Shown piece by piece: positions 1 through 9,075 of a DNA stretch of 64,000 bases. The DNA comes from Nitrosopumilus sp. (GTDB lineage: Archaea; Thermoproteota; Nitrososphaeria; Nitrososphaerales; Nitrosopumilaceae), in the NCBI GenBank assembly GCA_965224195.1, contig OZ245040.1, forward strand, positions 416,001 to 480,000, read 5' to 3'. Below the pieces are notes generated by a model. It ran no database searches. It was not told where the DNA came from and saw only the letters and a program-made list of their open reading frames with translations. Numbering within the stretch: position 1 is the stretch's first letter; each line of letters opens with the position of its first letter. The translations under genes were made by a program, and so were the position numbers.

Positions 1-151
1 TAAGATTAAATTTTTATCTGAAGCTCCTGATGATCCAAGCAGAAGATGTCCTGATACGTCTCTTTTACAAAATACCGGATGGAAACAAGAAATTGAACTT
101 GAAGCAGGTCTCACAAAAACTATAGAATGGATAAAAAAATATTATGTCTGA
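1..151 (+). CDS. NAD-dependent epimerase/dehydratase (UDP-glucuronate decarboxylase-like), C-terminal fragment cut by window edge
   Basis: Frame from nt 2 reads KIKFLSEAPDDPSRRCPDTSLLQNTGWKQEIELEAGLTKTIEW to TGA 149-151; DDP-RR-PD and GW..L..GL..T..W are typical extended-SDR C-terminal motifs. Confidence 0.75.
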   Translation, partial: KIKFLSEAPDDPSRRCPDTSLLQNTGWKQEIELEAGLTKTIEWIKKYYV

Positions 152-1469
152 GTTGAGAATATGTGTTATAGGATTAGGGTTTGTTGGGTTGACTATGTCT
201 ACAGTAATTGCTTCAAAAGGATTATCTGTAATAGGAGTTGAAACAAATTCTGACAAACTTTTAAAAATAAAACAAGGTAAATCTCCTTTTTATGAACCTC
301 AAATTGAAAAATATTTAACATCAAATATTGATAAAACATTTCATGTTTCTGATAATCTAAAAGATTCTGTTACACAAAGTGATATTATTTTTATTTGTGT
401 TGGAACCCCTAGTCAAGATGATGGCTCTGCAGATTTATCATTTATTAAAAATATTTGTTCTGAAATAGGACGATGTCTAAAAAATGAATCTCACTTTAAG
501 ACTATAATTATAAAAAGTACAATTCCTCCTTCAACTTGTACAAATATTGTCAAATCTATTCTTGAAGACGAATCTACCAAAAAAACTGGAATAGATTTTG
601 GTTTATGTATGAACCCTGAATTTTTGAGAGAAGGATCTGCAATTCAAGATATGCTGGAACCACATTTGTTAGTAGTAGGTTCAGAACATGAAAAAACTAA
701 ACTACATGTTAAAAAATTATATGAAAATATTTATGATCCACTCCCTGAATATCTCGAAACTAATCTTGAAAATGCTGAGCTTATAAAATATACAAATAAT
801 GCTTTTCTTGCAACAAAGATTAGCTTCATTAACTCTATCGCAAACATATGTGGCAAAATTCCTGGAACAGATGTTGAAATTATTGCAAATGCAATTGGTA
901 AAGATCCTAGAATTGGTTCATTATTTTTAAAAGCGGGTCCTGGATTTGGTGGATCTTGTTTTCCAAAAGACTTGGCTGGATTTCTAAATTTTTCTACTTC
1001 AATTGGATATGAATCATCTCTACTCACATCTACTCAAGATGTTAACAATAAACAAGTAGAAATTGTAATAGATATGATTCAACAAAAAATAATTGATACC
1101 CCCAAAATTGTTTCTATACTTGGGTTATCATTTAAAAAAGATACTGATGACATAAGGGAATCCGTAGCTATAAAAATTGTAAAATCTTTACTTCAAGATA
1201 ATGTACAGATTAAGGTTCATGACCCCTTAGCCATCCCTAATTTCCAAAAAATGTTTTCAGATCAAATTACTTATTCACATTCTATTGATAATTGTTTAAA
1301 AAATTCTAGTTGTTGTGTACTTTTAACTGATTGGAGTGAGTATTCACAACTTACACAAGATATTTTTTTAACCAATATGGATTTTCCAATAGTAATTGAT
1401 GCAAGAAGAATACTAGATCCTAAAAAAATGGATTTAGTTGACTTTACAGCTATTGGATATGGAAAATAA
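144..1469 (+). CDS. ugd: UDP-glucose/GDP-mannose 6-dehydrogenase
   Basis: GLGFVG Rossmann motif, ICVGTP, NPEFLREG, catalytic GFGGSCFPKD, FKKDTDDIRES. Confidence 0.92.
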   Translation: MSELRICVIGLGFVGLTMSTVIASKGLSVIGVETNSDKLLKIKQGKSPFYEPQIEKYLTSNIDKTFHVSDNLKDSVTQSDIIFICVGTPSQDDGSADLSFIKNICSEIGRCLKNESHFKTIIIKSTIPPSTCTNIVKSILEDESTKKTGIDFGLCMNPEFLREGSAIQDMLEPHLLVVGSEHEKTKLHVKKLYENIYDPLPEYLETNLENAELIKYTNNAFLATKISFINSIANICGKIPGTDVEIIANAIGKDPRIGSLFLKAGPGFGGSCFPKDLAGFLNFSTSIGYESSLLTSTQDVNNKQVEIVIDMIQQKIIDTPKIVSILGLSFKKDTDDIRESVAIKIVKSLLQDNVQIKVHDPLAIPNFQKMFSDQITYSHSIDNCLKNSSCCVLLTDWSEYSQLTQDIFLTNMDFPIVIDARRILDPKKMDLVDFTAIGYGK

Positions 1470-1474
1470 AAAAT

Positions 1475-2314
1475 TCAATTTAATGATCTGTAAGTTGTTT
1501 TCAATGCATCCCAATATGTTTTTGGTGTTCCAACATCAATCCACACTTCATCATTTTTTAATTCCGAAGCCGTTATATCATAACCTCTACTTTTGATTTT
1601 TTTAATACCATCCGTAAGTTGAATTTCTTTTCGCACATCTGGTTTTGTATTTTTTAAACAATCAAAAATCATTGGATCAAATTTATAGATAGGCATTATT
1701 GCTAAATTTGTTTTTGGTTTTTTTGGTTTTTCTTCTAGCTTGGTAACAAACATTTTTTTATTTTTTGTGATAGTTTGAACTACTCCAAATTGTCTGGGGT
1801 CTTCTACTTTTTTTAGTAGTAATCTACATTTTTCATTTTTTGAAAAGCTATCTGCTAATCGCTTCAAATGTCTATTTTTTGGAGATATGATTACTGTATC
1901 ACCCGCATGTACTAAAAATGGGTAGTCACCTATAGCATTTTTTGCAACAAGTACTGAATGTCCAAATCCTTTTGGAGACGATTGATTAATCCACATAAGA
2001 TTAGATGAATCAAGCTTATCGTAATATTTTTTTAACATTTTTTTTGTACTTGAATTTGATTTACCTATTCTATCTAGAAATTCATAGTCTGGAGTAAAAT
2101 GATCCTCGATTGCTCTTTTTGTCCTACCTACAATAAAATAATAATCTCTTATCCCAAAATCGTATAACTGTTCAAATATTACCTGAAGGATTGGTTTAAC
2201 CGTCATATCTGATTCTGAAAAAATAGGTAACATTTCTTTTGGTTGTTCTTTTGTAACTGGCAATAATCTTGTTCCTAGACCTGCAGCTGGGATTACAACT
2301 TTAGTTACTTTCAA
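1475..2314 (-). CDS. galU: UTP-glucose-1-phosphate uridylyltransferase / sugar-phosphate nucleotidyltransferase
   Basis: PAAGLGTRLLPVTKEQPKEMLP, EEKP, EIQLTD, DVG motifs. Confidence 0.85.
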   Translation of the reverse strand: MKVTKVVIPAAGLGTRLLPVTKEQPKEMLPIFSESDMTVKPILQVIFEQLYDFGIRDYYFIVGRTKRAIEDHFTPDYEFLDRIGKSNSSTKKMLKKYYDKLDSSNLMWINQSSPKGFGHSVLVAKNAIGDYPFLVHAGDTVIISPKNRHLKRLADSFSKNEKCRLLLKKVEDPRQFGVVQTITKNKKMFVTKLEEKPKKPKTNLAIMPIYKFDPMIFDCLKNTKPDVRKEIQLTDGIKKIKSRGYDITASELKNDEVWIDVGTPKTYWDALKTTYRSLN

Positions 2315-2437
2315 TACAAATATTTTTGATTTTGTATAAATAAAACTATGGGTGAATAGAAAAATTTCTTTTTTCTAAGTCATAATATTGATTTCTCCTA
2401 TAGGTTAGAATATTTACCTAATCCAATATTTCACTTT

Positions 2438-3346
2438 ATGGATGTTTTAATTACTGGAGGTATGGGTTTTGTAGGTAGTCATCTATCAAAATATCTTAGT
2501 TCTCAAGGATATGAAATAACAATATATGATAATTTTAGTAATTCTAAATTTCAAGAATCTAGTGATTCTAAAATTCATACGATTAAAGGAGATATTTTAG
2601 ATTATTCTTTACTTAGCAAATCTTTAGATGGTATTGATGTTGTAATCCATCTTGCAGCACAAATTAGTGTAGAAGATTCCATAAAAAATCCAGATATTAC
2701 AATAAAGATCAATGTTGATGGAACACAAACTGTATTAGATGCATGTCTGAAAAAAAATGTTAAAAAATTTATTGCACTTTCTTCTGCAGCTATTTTTGGT
2801 GAATCCAATATTCTTCCATTAGATGAAAATTCTAAAACTATTCCAATATCTCCTTATGGAAAAAGTAAACTTGATATGGAAAAAATAATAATTAATTTTT
2901 CAAAAAAATATGAAATTGATTCTATAATTCTTCGAGCATTTAATATCTATGGATTAGGGCAATCAAGTCAATATGCTGGAGTCATAACAAAATTTCTAAA
3001 CCAAATCAAAGAAAATAAATCTCTAGAAATTTTTGGTGATGGCTCTCAGACTCGAGATTTTATTCATATAGAAGATCTAGTAAGATGCATTGAATTATCT
3101 ATACAAAATATTGATGAAAAGGCTGGTCGGATTTATAATATTGGTAGTGGCCAAAGTACAAGTATCTTAAAACTAGCTAACCTATGCTTATCTCTATCTG
3201 ATAAACAACAAGAGATAATATTTAATTCTAAAATTAAAGGTGAAATCATGTTTAGTGAAACGTCTATTGAGAAAGCAAAAAAAGAACTTGGTTTTAAGCC
3301 AGAAATTTCTCTTTCGGATGGCCTCTCAAAATTCTTAAAATCTTAA
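2438..3346 (+). CDS. NAD-dependent epimerase/dehydratase (UDP-glucose 4-epimerase-like)
   Basis: TGGMGFVG, HLAA, SSAA, YGKSK (YxxxK), GDGSQTRDFIH. Confidence 0.9.
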   Translation: MDVLITGGMGFVGSHLSKYLSSQGYEITIYDNFSNSKFQESSDSKIHTIKGDILDYSLLSKSLDGIDVVIHLAAQISVEDSIKNPDITIKINVDGTQTVLDACLKKNVKKFIALSSAAIFGESNILPLDENSKTIPISPYGKSKLDMEKIIINFSKKYEIDSIILRAFNIYGLGQSSQYAGVITKFLNQIKENKSLEIFGDGSQTRDFIHIEDLVRCIELSIQNIDEKAGRIYNIGSGQSTSILKLANLCLSLSDKQQEIIFNSKIKGEIMFSETSIEKAKKELGFKPEISLSDGLSKFLKS

Positions 3347-3399
3347 AGCGTCTTTTTTTTATTATTAATTTACAAATTGTTATATTGTTTCTGTAAATC

Positions 3400-4422
3400 T
3401 TGAAAGCAATGATTGCTCTCTCAATAATGGATAAAACTGACTCAAGTGGAATGTATAAAATTTATGATAGATGGCCTAGCATGGCAAGAGAAGCATATGA
3501 TTCTGATTTAGAATCTATTCACTTTGAAAATATTGATCATATTATATTTGCAGGAATGGGGGGTTCTGGTGCCATCGGCGATTTATTTTCTTCTATTTTA
3601 TCTAAAAATAATATTCATGTTAATGTGATTAAGGGGTATGTACTTCCAAAGACTGTTAACAAAAATACACTTGTTGTTTGTACTAGTGTTTCAGGAAACA
3701 CTGTAGAAACTTTGAGTATAATGGAATCTGCATCAAATCTTGATTGTAAGGTAATAGGATTTTCATCTGGTGGAAAAATGGAGCGATTTTGTATTGATAA
3801 TAACATCCCTTTTAGAAAAATTCCAATGATTCATTCACCAAGAGCATCTTTTGTAACTTTTGTTTATTCAATGTTAAATGTTTTAGAATCTATAATACCA
3901 ATAGTCAAAAAAGACATTAAAGAATCTTTTACCACAATTGAAACATTATCTACAAAAATAAATTCTTCAAATATTGAAGAAACTAATCCTGCTTTATCTT
4001 TAGCAGAATTTCTAAATGACATTCCTTGTATTTACTACCCTTCTGGATTATATGCAGCTGCAATACGATTTAAGAACTCTTTACAAGAAAATGCTAAGAT
4101 GCATGCATTCACTGAGGATATAATTGAAGCAAGTCATAATGGAATTGTATCGTGGGAAATATCATCTAACGTTAGACCAGTGTTTCTTAGAGGTACTGAA
4201 GATCACCCAAAGACTAAAGAACGTTGGAATATTTTAAAGGAATATTTTCAAGAAAATAAAATACCTTTTAAAGAAATTCTATCTGTAGAAGGAAATATTT
4301 TATCAAAAATAATTTCACTTAACTATCTTCTTGATTATTGTTCTTTGTATAGGGCAATATTATCTAATATGGATCCATCACCTGTGAAATCAATAGATTT
4401 TATTAAATCTAGATTGGACTGA
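3400..4422 (+). CDS. Bifunctional phosphoglucose/phosphomannose isomerase (SIS domain)
   Basis: GMGGSG, SVSGNTVET, ENAK, E-x-x-HN motifs. Confidence 0.85.
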   Translation: MKAMIALSIMDKTDSSGMYKIYDRWPSMAREAYDSDLESIHFENIDHIIFAGMGGSGAIGDLFSSILSKNNIHVNVIKGYVLPKTVNKNTLVVCTSVSGNTVETLSIMESASNLDCKVIGFSSGGKMERFCIDNNIPFRKIPMIHSPRASFVTFVYSMLNVLESIIPIVKKDIKESFTTIETLSTKINSSNIEETNPALSLAEFLNDIPCIYYPSGLYAAAIRFKNSLQENAKMHAFTEDIIEASHNGIVSWEISSNVRPVFLRGTEDHPKTKERWNILKEYFQENKIPFKEILSVEGNILSKIISLNYLLDYCSLYRAILSNMDPSPVKSIDFIKSRLD

Positions 4423-4540
4423 AAACCTTGTTTTTAAAATAGTAAATATATTTACTATTCAATGATTTAAATTTATTAAAAAAAATCCCTGTCTGACTCT
4501 TTCAATTAGTTTTTAATTGAGAATGATTTACAGAATTATA

Positions 4541-5593
4541 ATGCATGAAATCAACCCATCACTTAGAACCGTGGAATGGAAAAATAATAAAGTGATAATG
4601 ATTGAACAAACCAAATTACCAAACGAACTAGTTTTTGTAGAATATGATGATTTTAACCAAGTTGCAAATGCTATCAAAACTTTGATAGTTAGAGGTGCAC
4701 CTGCAATTGGAGTATCTGGAGCATTTGGATTAGGATTAGCTGTTTTACAAAGCAAAGCAACAACAAAAGAAGAACTACTTTCAGATTTAGAAGATGCAAG
4801 AAAAATTCTTTTTGCAACAAGACCAACTGCAGTGAATCTGGGTTGGGGATTGGAAAAAATAATGAATGTTGCAAAGACTGGAGAAACAGCAGAACAAATT
4901 AGAGAACTAGTGATTGAAACTGCTAAGAAAATGGCAGATGAAGATATCGAAATTAACAAATCCATGGGCAAGAATGGTTCAGTTCTTTTTGATGATAATG
5001 ATACAATAATGACACATTGTAATGCTGGTGCACTAGCTACCGTTGCATATGGAACTGCGTTAGGTGTAATCAGAGCAACTAGAGAAAGCGGAAAAAATGT
5101 CAAAGTCATAGCAACTGAAACAAGACCAATTCAACAAGGTTCAAGATTAACAGCATTTGAGTTAAAACATGATGGATTTGATGTTAGTTTAGTTCCTGAT
5201 ACTGCTGTAGGATATTCAATGGCAAATGGATTGGTAAACAAAGTTGTGGTGGGTGCAGATAGAATTGTCAAAACTGGTCATGTTTTTAACAAAATTGGGA
5301 CATATCAGGTGGCAACAATGGCAAAACAACACGGAATTCCATTTTATGTTGCAGCACCATTATCAACAATTGATCTTAAAACAAAGGCTGAAGACGTAAT
5401 TATTGAAATGCGAGATGGATCTGAGGTTACAGGAATTGGTGATAAAAAAACAGCTCCTGATGATATTGGTGTAATTAATCCAGCATTTGATATGACTCCA
5501 CCTGAACTAATTTCTGGAATTATTACTGAAAAAGGCGTGGCTACAGCTCCCTATGAGGAATCAATTCCAAAATTATTTGAAGCTAATAATTAG
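4541..5593 (+). CDS. mtnA: S-methyl-5-thioribose-1-phosphate isomerase (eIF-2B alpha family)
   Basis: VRGAPAIG, TRPTAVNL, THCNAGALAT, ETRP, NKIGTY, NPAFD; ATG at 4541 chosen as start; the G of the stop codon is the first base of the IS6 element. Confidence 0.9.
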   Translation: MHEINPSLRTVEWKNNKVIMIEQTKLPNELVFVEYDDFNQVANAIKTLIVRGAPAIGVSGAFGLGLAVLQSKATTKEELLSDLEDARKILFATRPTAVNLGWGLEKIMNVAKTGETAEQIRELVIETAKKMADEDIEINKSMGKNGSVLFDDNDTIMTHCNAGALATVAYGTALGVIRATRESGKNVKVIATETRPIQQGSRLTAFELKHDGFDVSLVPDTAVGYSMANGLVNKVVVGADRIVKTGHVFNKIGTYQVATMAKQHGIPFYVAAPLSTIDLKTKAEDVIIEMRDGSEVTGIGDKKTAPDDIGVINPAFDMTPPELISGIITEKGVATAPYEESIPKLFEANN

Positions 5594-5614
5594 ATTCTGT
5601 AACATCTTAGAGAC

Positions 5615-6751
5615 CTACTCATAATCTCTGTTTAGTGAGGCATTTTGAATTATGGTTTTCCATTTGTTATCTCCATCCACTTTAATCAAAGCAGCTTCTG
5701 AAGGCGTAACATCACCGCCTAATCCGCCATGTTCTTTTGAGAAATTATACCATAACTTCAATCCTTGAATCAATGGTGTATCTTTTTTCTTTAGACCTCG
5801 AAATACCTTTTCTCTATCTCTAATTTCACCATTCAATCTCTCCATCATGTTATTTGTAGGATGGATTTTACGACCTGTTCTTTTACTGTTTATTCCAACA
5901 TTGAAGGCATGATATGTCTCTTTTCCAAATACTCTCTTTGCAGATTTTGCATAAGCTGGAAGTCCATCTGTGATAAATGCCCTAGGTGTCTTTTGTGTCA
6001 TGTTTACAGTGGACACTAGAAGCTTATCTGCCTGATGCTGAAACTTTGTATCTGCCATTTCACCAATTAGCCAAAATCTAGTCTCATCATCCATAGTGCT
6101 AAACAGATAATTCATTTTACCTGAAACTCGAATAAATGCCTCATCAGCTCTTATCCAGTCTCCTACACGTGGAACTATCTTGTCTACATATTCAGAGCCA
6201 AGTTTAGAATATTGAGCAACCCATCTGTATATGGTCATGTGAGATATTTTGATTCCCATTCTTCTGTATTGCCTTGAAATATCCCTCACACTCATTCCTG
6301 AAAAATACATCTCCAAAGAACCAGTAATGGCACTATCATTATTCTGTTTCTTCTCAAATCCGAAATTTGTGGTAAATTTTCTTTTACAATCCTTGCACTT
6401 GAATATCTGTAAGTTGACTGACTTGTTTTTCTTGATTCCTTTTTTGATAATTTTGCCTGAATCACAGAACTTACACAATCTTAATTTTGAACGTTCCATG
6501 ATTCTAAATGTATTATTGCGATAACACTTGTTTTGCCTAACAATTTCTAAAACTATCTTGATGTGTTTACAGTCTGCTTTTCTACAGTTATGATCTTTGC
6601 ATTGACATTTGAGTCCATTTTCAGTCTTTGATACGATGTAGAATTTAGTAGGATCAGTTTGGGAACGAACTTTGAATTTATCAGATTCAAACTGTGAGCA
6701 ATGACCTTTAGTTTCCATCATGGATTGAGCTCTCAGTCTCCTTTGATTCAT
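5615..6751 (-). CDS. IS6-family DDE transposase with N-terminal SWIM finger and Zn-ribbon
   Basis: SWIM CQC..CKH; CKFC..CKDC ribbon; HTH (SVRDIS..ISHMTIYRWV); catalytic RADE, ITDG and NNMMER; uninterrupted 378 aa. Confidence 0.9.
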   Translation of the reverse strand: MNQRRLRAQSMMETKGHCSQFESDKFKVRSQTDPTKFYIVSKTENGLKCQCKDHNCRKADCKHIKIVLEIVRQNKCYRNNTFRIMERSKLRLCKFCDSGKIIKKGIKKNKSVNLQIFKCKDCKRKFTTNFGFEKKQNNDSAITGSLEMYFSGMSVRDISRQYRRMGIKISHMTIYRWVAQYSKLGSEYVDKIVPRVGDWIRADEAFIRVSGKMNYLFSTMDDETRFWLIGEMADTKFQHQADKLLVSTVNMTQKTPRAFITDGLPAYAKSAKRVFGKETYHAFNVGINSKRTGRKIHPTNNMMERLNGEIRDREKVFRGLKKKDTPLIQGLKLWYNFSKEHGGLGGDVTPSEAALIKVDGDNKWKTIIQNASLNRDYE

Positions 6752-6761
6752 ACCAATATTA

Positions 6762-6805
6762 TAATGGCAATATATTATAAATGTTTACCACTTATTTAAT
6801 GGCAA
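6762..6805. promoter_or_regulatory. Divergent promoter region with direct repeat TAATGGCAA x2
   Basis: TAATGGCAA at 6762-6770 and 6797-6805 flanking a TATTATAAAT TATA-like tract between the transposase and the divergent small ORF. Confidence 0.35.
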
Positions 6806-6824
6806 CAATTTTATTTATCTGATT

Positions 6825-7055
6825 TTGAATGTTATTATGGGTTCACAAATAATACGAAAACGAAAAGATAAAGAATATCTTTACTATGCTTATTATGACA
6901 ATGGAAAACGTAAAGAGATGTATTGTGGTTTAGTTTCGGATCCTCAATCCGAGAATAAATCTATACAATTTGAAATTGAAGAATTAGAAAAATTAAGATC
7001 GGATATTACAAATAAATTAAAAACACTAAAAAAAATAGATTTTAAAAATTCGTAG
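6825..7055 (+). CDS. Small basic putative DNA-binding protein, IS passenger (likely start ATG 6837)
   Basis: RKRKDKEYLYYAYYDNGKRKEMYCG beta-hairpin pattern resembling SSV1 D-335/integrase-N-type domains, followed by a coiled coil. Confidence 0.6.
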   Translation: MNVIMGSQIIRKRKDKEYLYYAYYDNGKRKEMYCGLVSDPQSENKSIQFEIEELEKLRSDITNKLKTLKKIDFKNS

Positions 7056-7057
7056 TT

Positions 7058-7216
7058 TTATCCGTCTGATATTCCGTTACAACCACAAATTTTACATTTT
7101 CCATTTACTTTAGAGGTTTTCGTATCTACGGTAATTTTATGACTTGACCATTTATGATCACATCCCCCGCATACCATTGTTCGTGTTTCATCTGTTGGTT
7201 TCATTTCTACTAACAT
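7058..7216 (-). CDS. 52-aa Cys/His Zn-finger microprotein, IS passenger (not in ORF track)
   Basis: MLVEMKPTDETRTMVCGGCDHKWSSHKITVDTKTSKVNGKCKICGCNGISDG; SD GGAGGTGA (7221-7228) 4 nt before the ATG. Confidence 0.7.
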   Translation of the reverse strand: MLVEMKPTDETRTMVCGGCDHKWSSHKITVDTKTSKVNGKCKICGCNGISDG

Positions 7217-7230
7217 TCTATCACCTCCTA

Positions 7231-7821
7231 TCATGTACTATTACGTATGAACGAGTTTGACATGTCACTAAGACAGTAACGAAAAGCTGGAAGTCTAACA
7301 ACACCTAGCCACATACATGAAGTTGATATTCCCGCCCTTTTTATTTCTTCGTAAATTTTTTTGTAACTATCAACTTGTGTGTGCGGTGTTCCTACTGCCA
7401 TTTTCTTTTCTATTGATTCTTTAGTTGCTGTAATCTGTATATTTAGAACAGTGCAAATTATTTTTTTAACATTTTGGTTTCTCATCATTTGTTCGTATAG
7501 CAAATATCTTTCATAATTCAAATATGATAGTATCATGCTATAATCAAAAGCAAAATTGCCTGGTCTACGATTAGAGGAAACAGCAATTGTTTTATCAGAA
7601 TTTTCTAATTTATCTAACAAACCCAATCTTGAACTTGATGATTGGAAAATAGATTCTGAAATAATTCCAGATTCCAAAAATTTTTTTCTTTTTAAGGCAT
7701 TTGGTTTATTGATTGCGTTAAGTCTTTTAGATTCTAAAATAAGATCTGCATAATTTTCAGGTTTGTTAACCCGTGGAAATTGTTTTTTGATTTCTAAGAT
7801 TAATTTATTCTTTGAAATCAT
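7231..7821 (-). CDS. Hypothetical protein, IS passenger (196 aa)
   Basis: Open ORF inside the TIRs, TATA-like TTAAATA upstream, directly followed by the SD of the 52-aa ORF; no family recognised. Confidence 0.6.
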   Translation of the reverse strand: MISKNKLILEIKKQFPRVNKPENYADLILESKRLNAINKPNALKRKKFLESGIISESIFQSSSSRLGLLDKLENSDKTIAVSSNRRPGNFAFDYSMILSYLNYERYLLYEQMMRNQNVKKIICTVLNIQITATKESIEKKMAVGTPHTQVDSYKKIYEEIKRAGISTSCMWLGVVRLPAFRYCLSDMSNSFIRNST

Positions 7822-7988
7822 GTGATTTTGATGTCAGAATATCACTATTTAACTTTAATTGATTTAATTTCAGAAACTTATGCCATAAGGAAAATTCAAT
7901 TTGAAGAAGATCCATATTTAGGTCTCTAAGATGTTACAGAACCAATAATTAGAAAGTTTTTATTGTTTTTCAAACTGCCATTTACAAT

Positions 7989-8627
7989 ATGAGTACTGTC
8001 ACTACACAGGCAATAGAGGATTCATTAAAACAATGCATGGATCCAGAAGTTCCATTAAACATTGTAGAAATGGGCTTAATTTATGGAATAGATGTTACAG
8101 AAAATAATGACGTTAATATCAAAATGACAATGACTACACAAGGTTGTCCTTTACATGAGACTTTGGTTGAGGATGCAACACGATATGCTAAAAAAGTTCC
8201 TGGAGTAAATAATGTCAAAATTGACATTGTATGGGAACCTGTATGGTCAATGGATAAAATGACTGAAGAAGGAAAATTGAAAATTAAAAACATGGGTGCT
8301 GCTATGAATACACCTGCACCAATTAACTATGAAACTGCATTACCTCAAGGAGTTGGAAAATTAATCAAACAAGATGACGGTTCAATGGTATTAGCAAATG
8401 AACACGAACAAGGCTTTATGGTAAATCAGGCAATTGTAGACTTTTGGAAGTCTTGTAATGGAGAACGTAAAGTAACAGAGCTAGTAGAAGTATTTGCACA
8501 GCAAACAGGATTGCAAAGAAAACAAGTCGAAAAAGAAGTCATGCAATTACTACAACAATTACGTGATGGCGGATTAATTGCAATTGCAGGTCAACCAGAC
8601 ACACCAAATGTCGAATTTAAAAAATAA
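7989..8627 (+). CDS. DUF59/SufT-like Fe-S assembly domain fused to a PqqD-like C-terminal domain
   Basis: DPEVPLNIVEMGLIY, TMTTQGCP, VWEPVWS (DUF59); C-terminal FWKSCNGERKVTELV..LLQQLRDGGLI PqqD pattern. Confidence 0.8.
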   Translation: MSTVTTQAIEDSLKQCMDPEVPLNIVEMGLIYGIDVTENNDVNIKMTMTTQGCPLHETLVEDATRYAKKVPGVNNVKIDIVWEPVWSMDKMTEEGKLKIKNMGAAMNTPAPINYETALPQGVGKLIKQDDGSMVLANEHEQGFMVNQAIVDFWKSCNGERKVTELVEVFAQQTGLQRKQVEKEVMQLLQQLRDGGLIAIAGQPDTPNVEFKK

Positions 8628-8629
8628 TT

Positions 8630-9029
8630 CTAATCTAATTCTTGTTTAGGTCTACCAACTCTTTTCCTTGTTTTAGGTCTACCGACTTTACGTTCTTTTC
8701 TAATTGCTTGAGTTTTATCTTTAAAATCCATCCCTTTTTCAAAAAATTCTAATATCAAAATTTTTGCTAACTTAGAAATTTTCTGTTCCAAATTTTTTTT
8801 GATAATCTACATTGTTTAAAATTTCTCCCAAGTTTTTCCCTCCAATTGTGATGTCTTTTAATTCTAAACTATCTGCAACTAATTCTTTTGCTAATGTCAA
8901 ACCGACATAGAATTTAACTCCAGAACGAATAATTTCATTTGAACTTAATCCGTACTGTTTTTTAATCCTCTCAATTTGATCAAATTCATCATCAGGAAAT
9001 CTAGCTCTGAGTGTATTCCATTCTGTCAT
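8630..9029 (-). pseudogene. RHH-like DNA-binding protein with C-terminal twin AT-hook motifs, split by a 1-nt frameshift at an A8 tract
   Basis: N-terminal 85-aa ORF (TLRARFPDDEF..SSNEIIRSGV); the shifted frame after 8790-8800 continues LEQKISKLAK..RKVGRPKTRKRVGRPKQELD to TAG at 8630-8632. Confidence 0.65.
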
Positions 9030-9075
9030 GTATTTGAAAAGTAATCTGTCCTAATAACTTATTATATTATTGATT

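Larger units (their letters stand above)
5593..7943 (-). mobile_element. IS6-family element with passenger genes, 2351 bp
   Basis: TIRs GATTCTGTAACATCTTAGAGACCTA (5593-5617) and TAGGTCTCTAAGATGTTACAGAACC (7919-7943), 24/25 match; 8-bp direct repeat AATAATTA at 5585-5592 and 7944-7951; encloses an IS6-type transposase. Confidence 0.93.

Noticed and set aside
4528-5109. 193-aa antisense ORF and similar shadow ORFs (e.g. 13407-13898, 16070-16414, 28496-28954, 46072-46404)
   Set aside because: They lie antisense or out of frame to better-supported genes and show no motifs of their own
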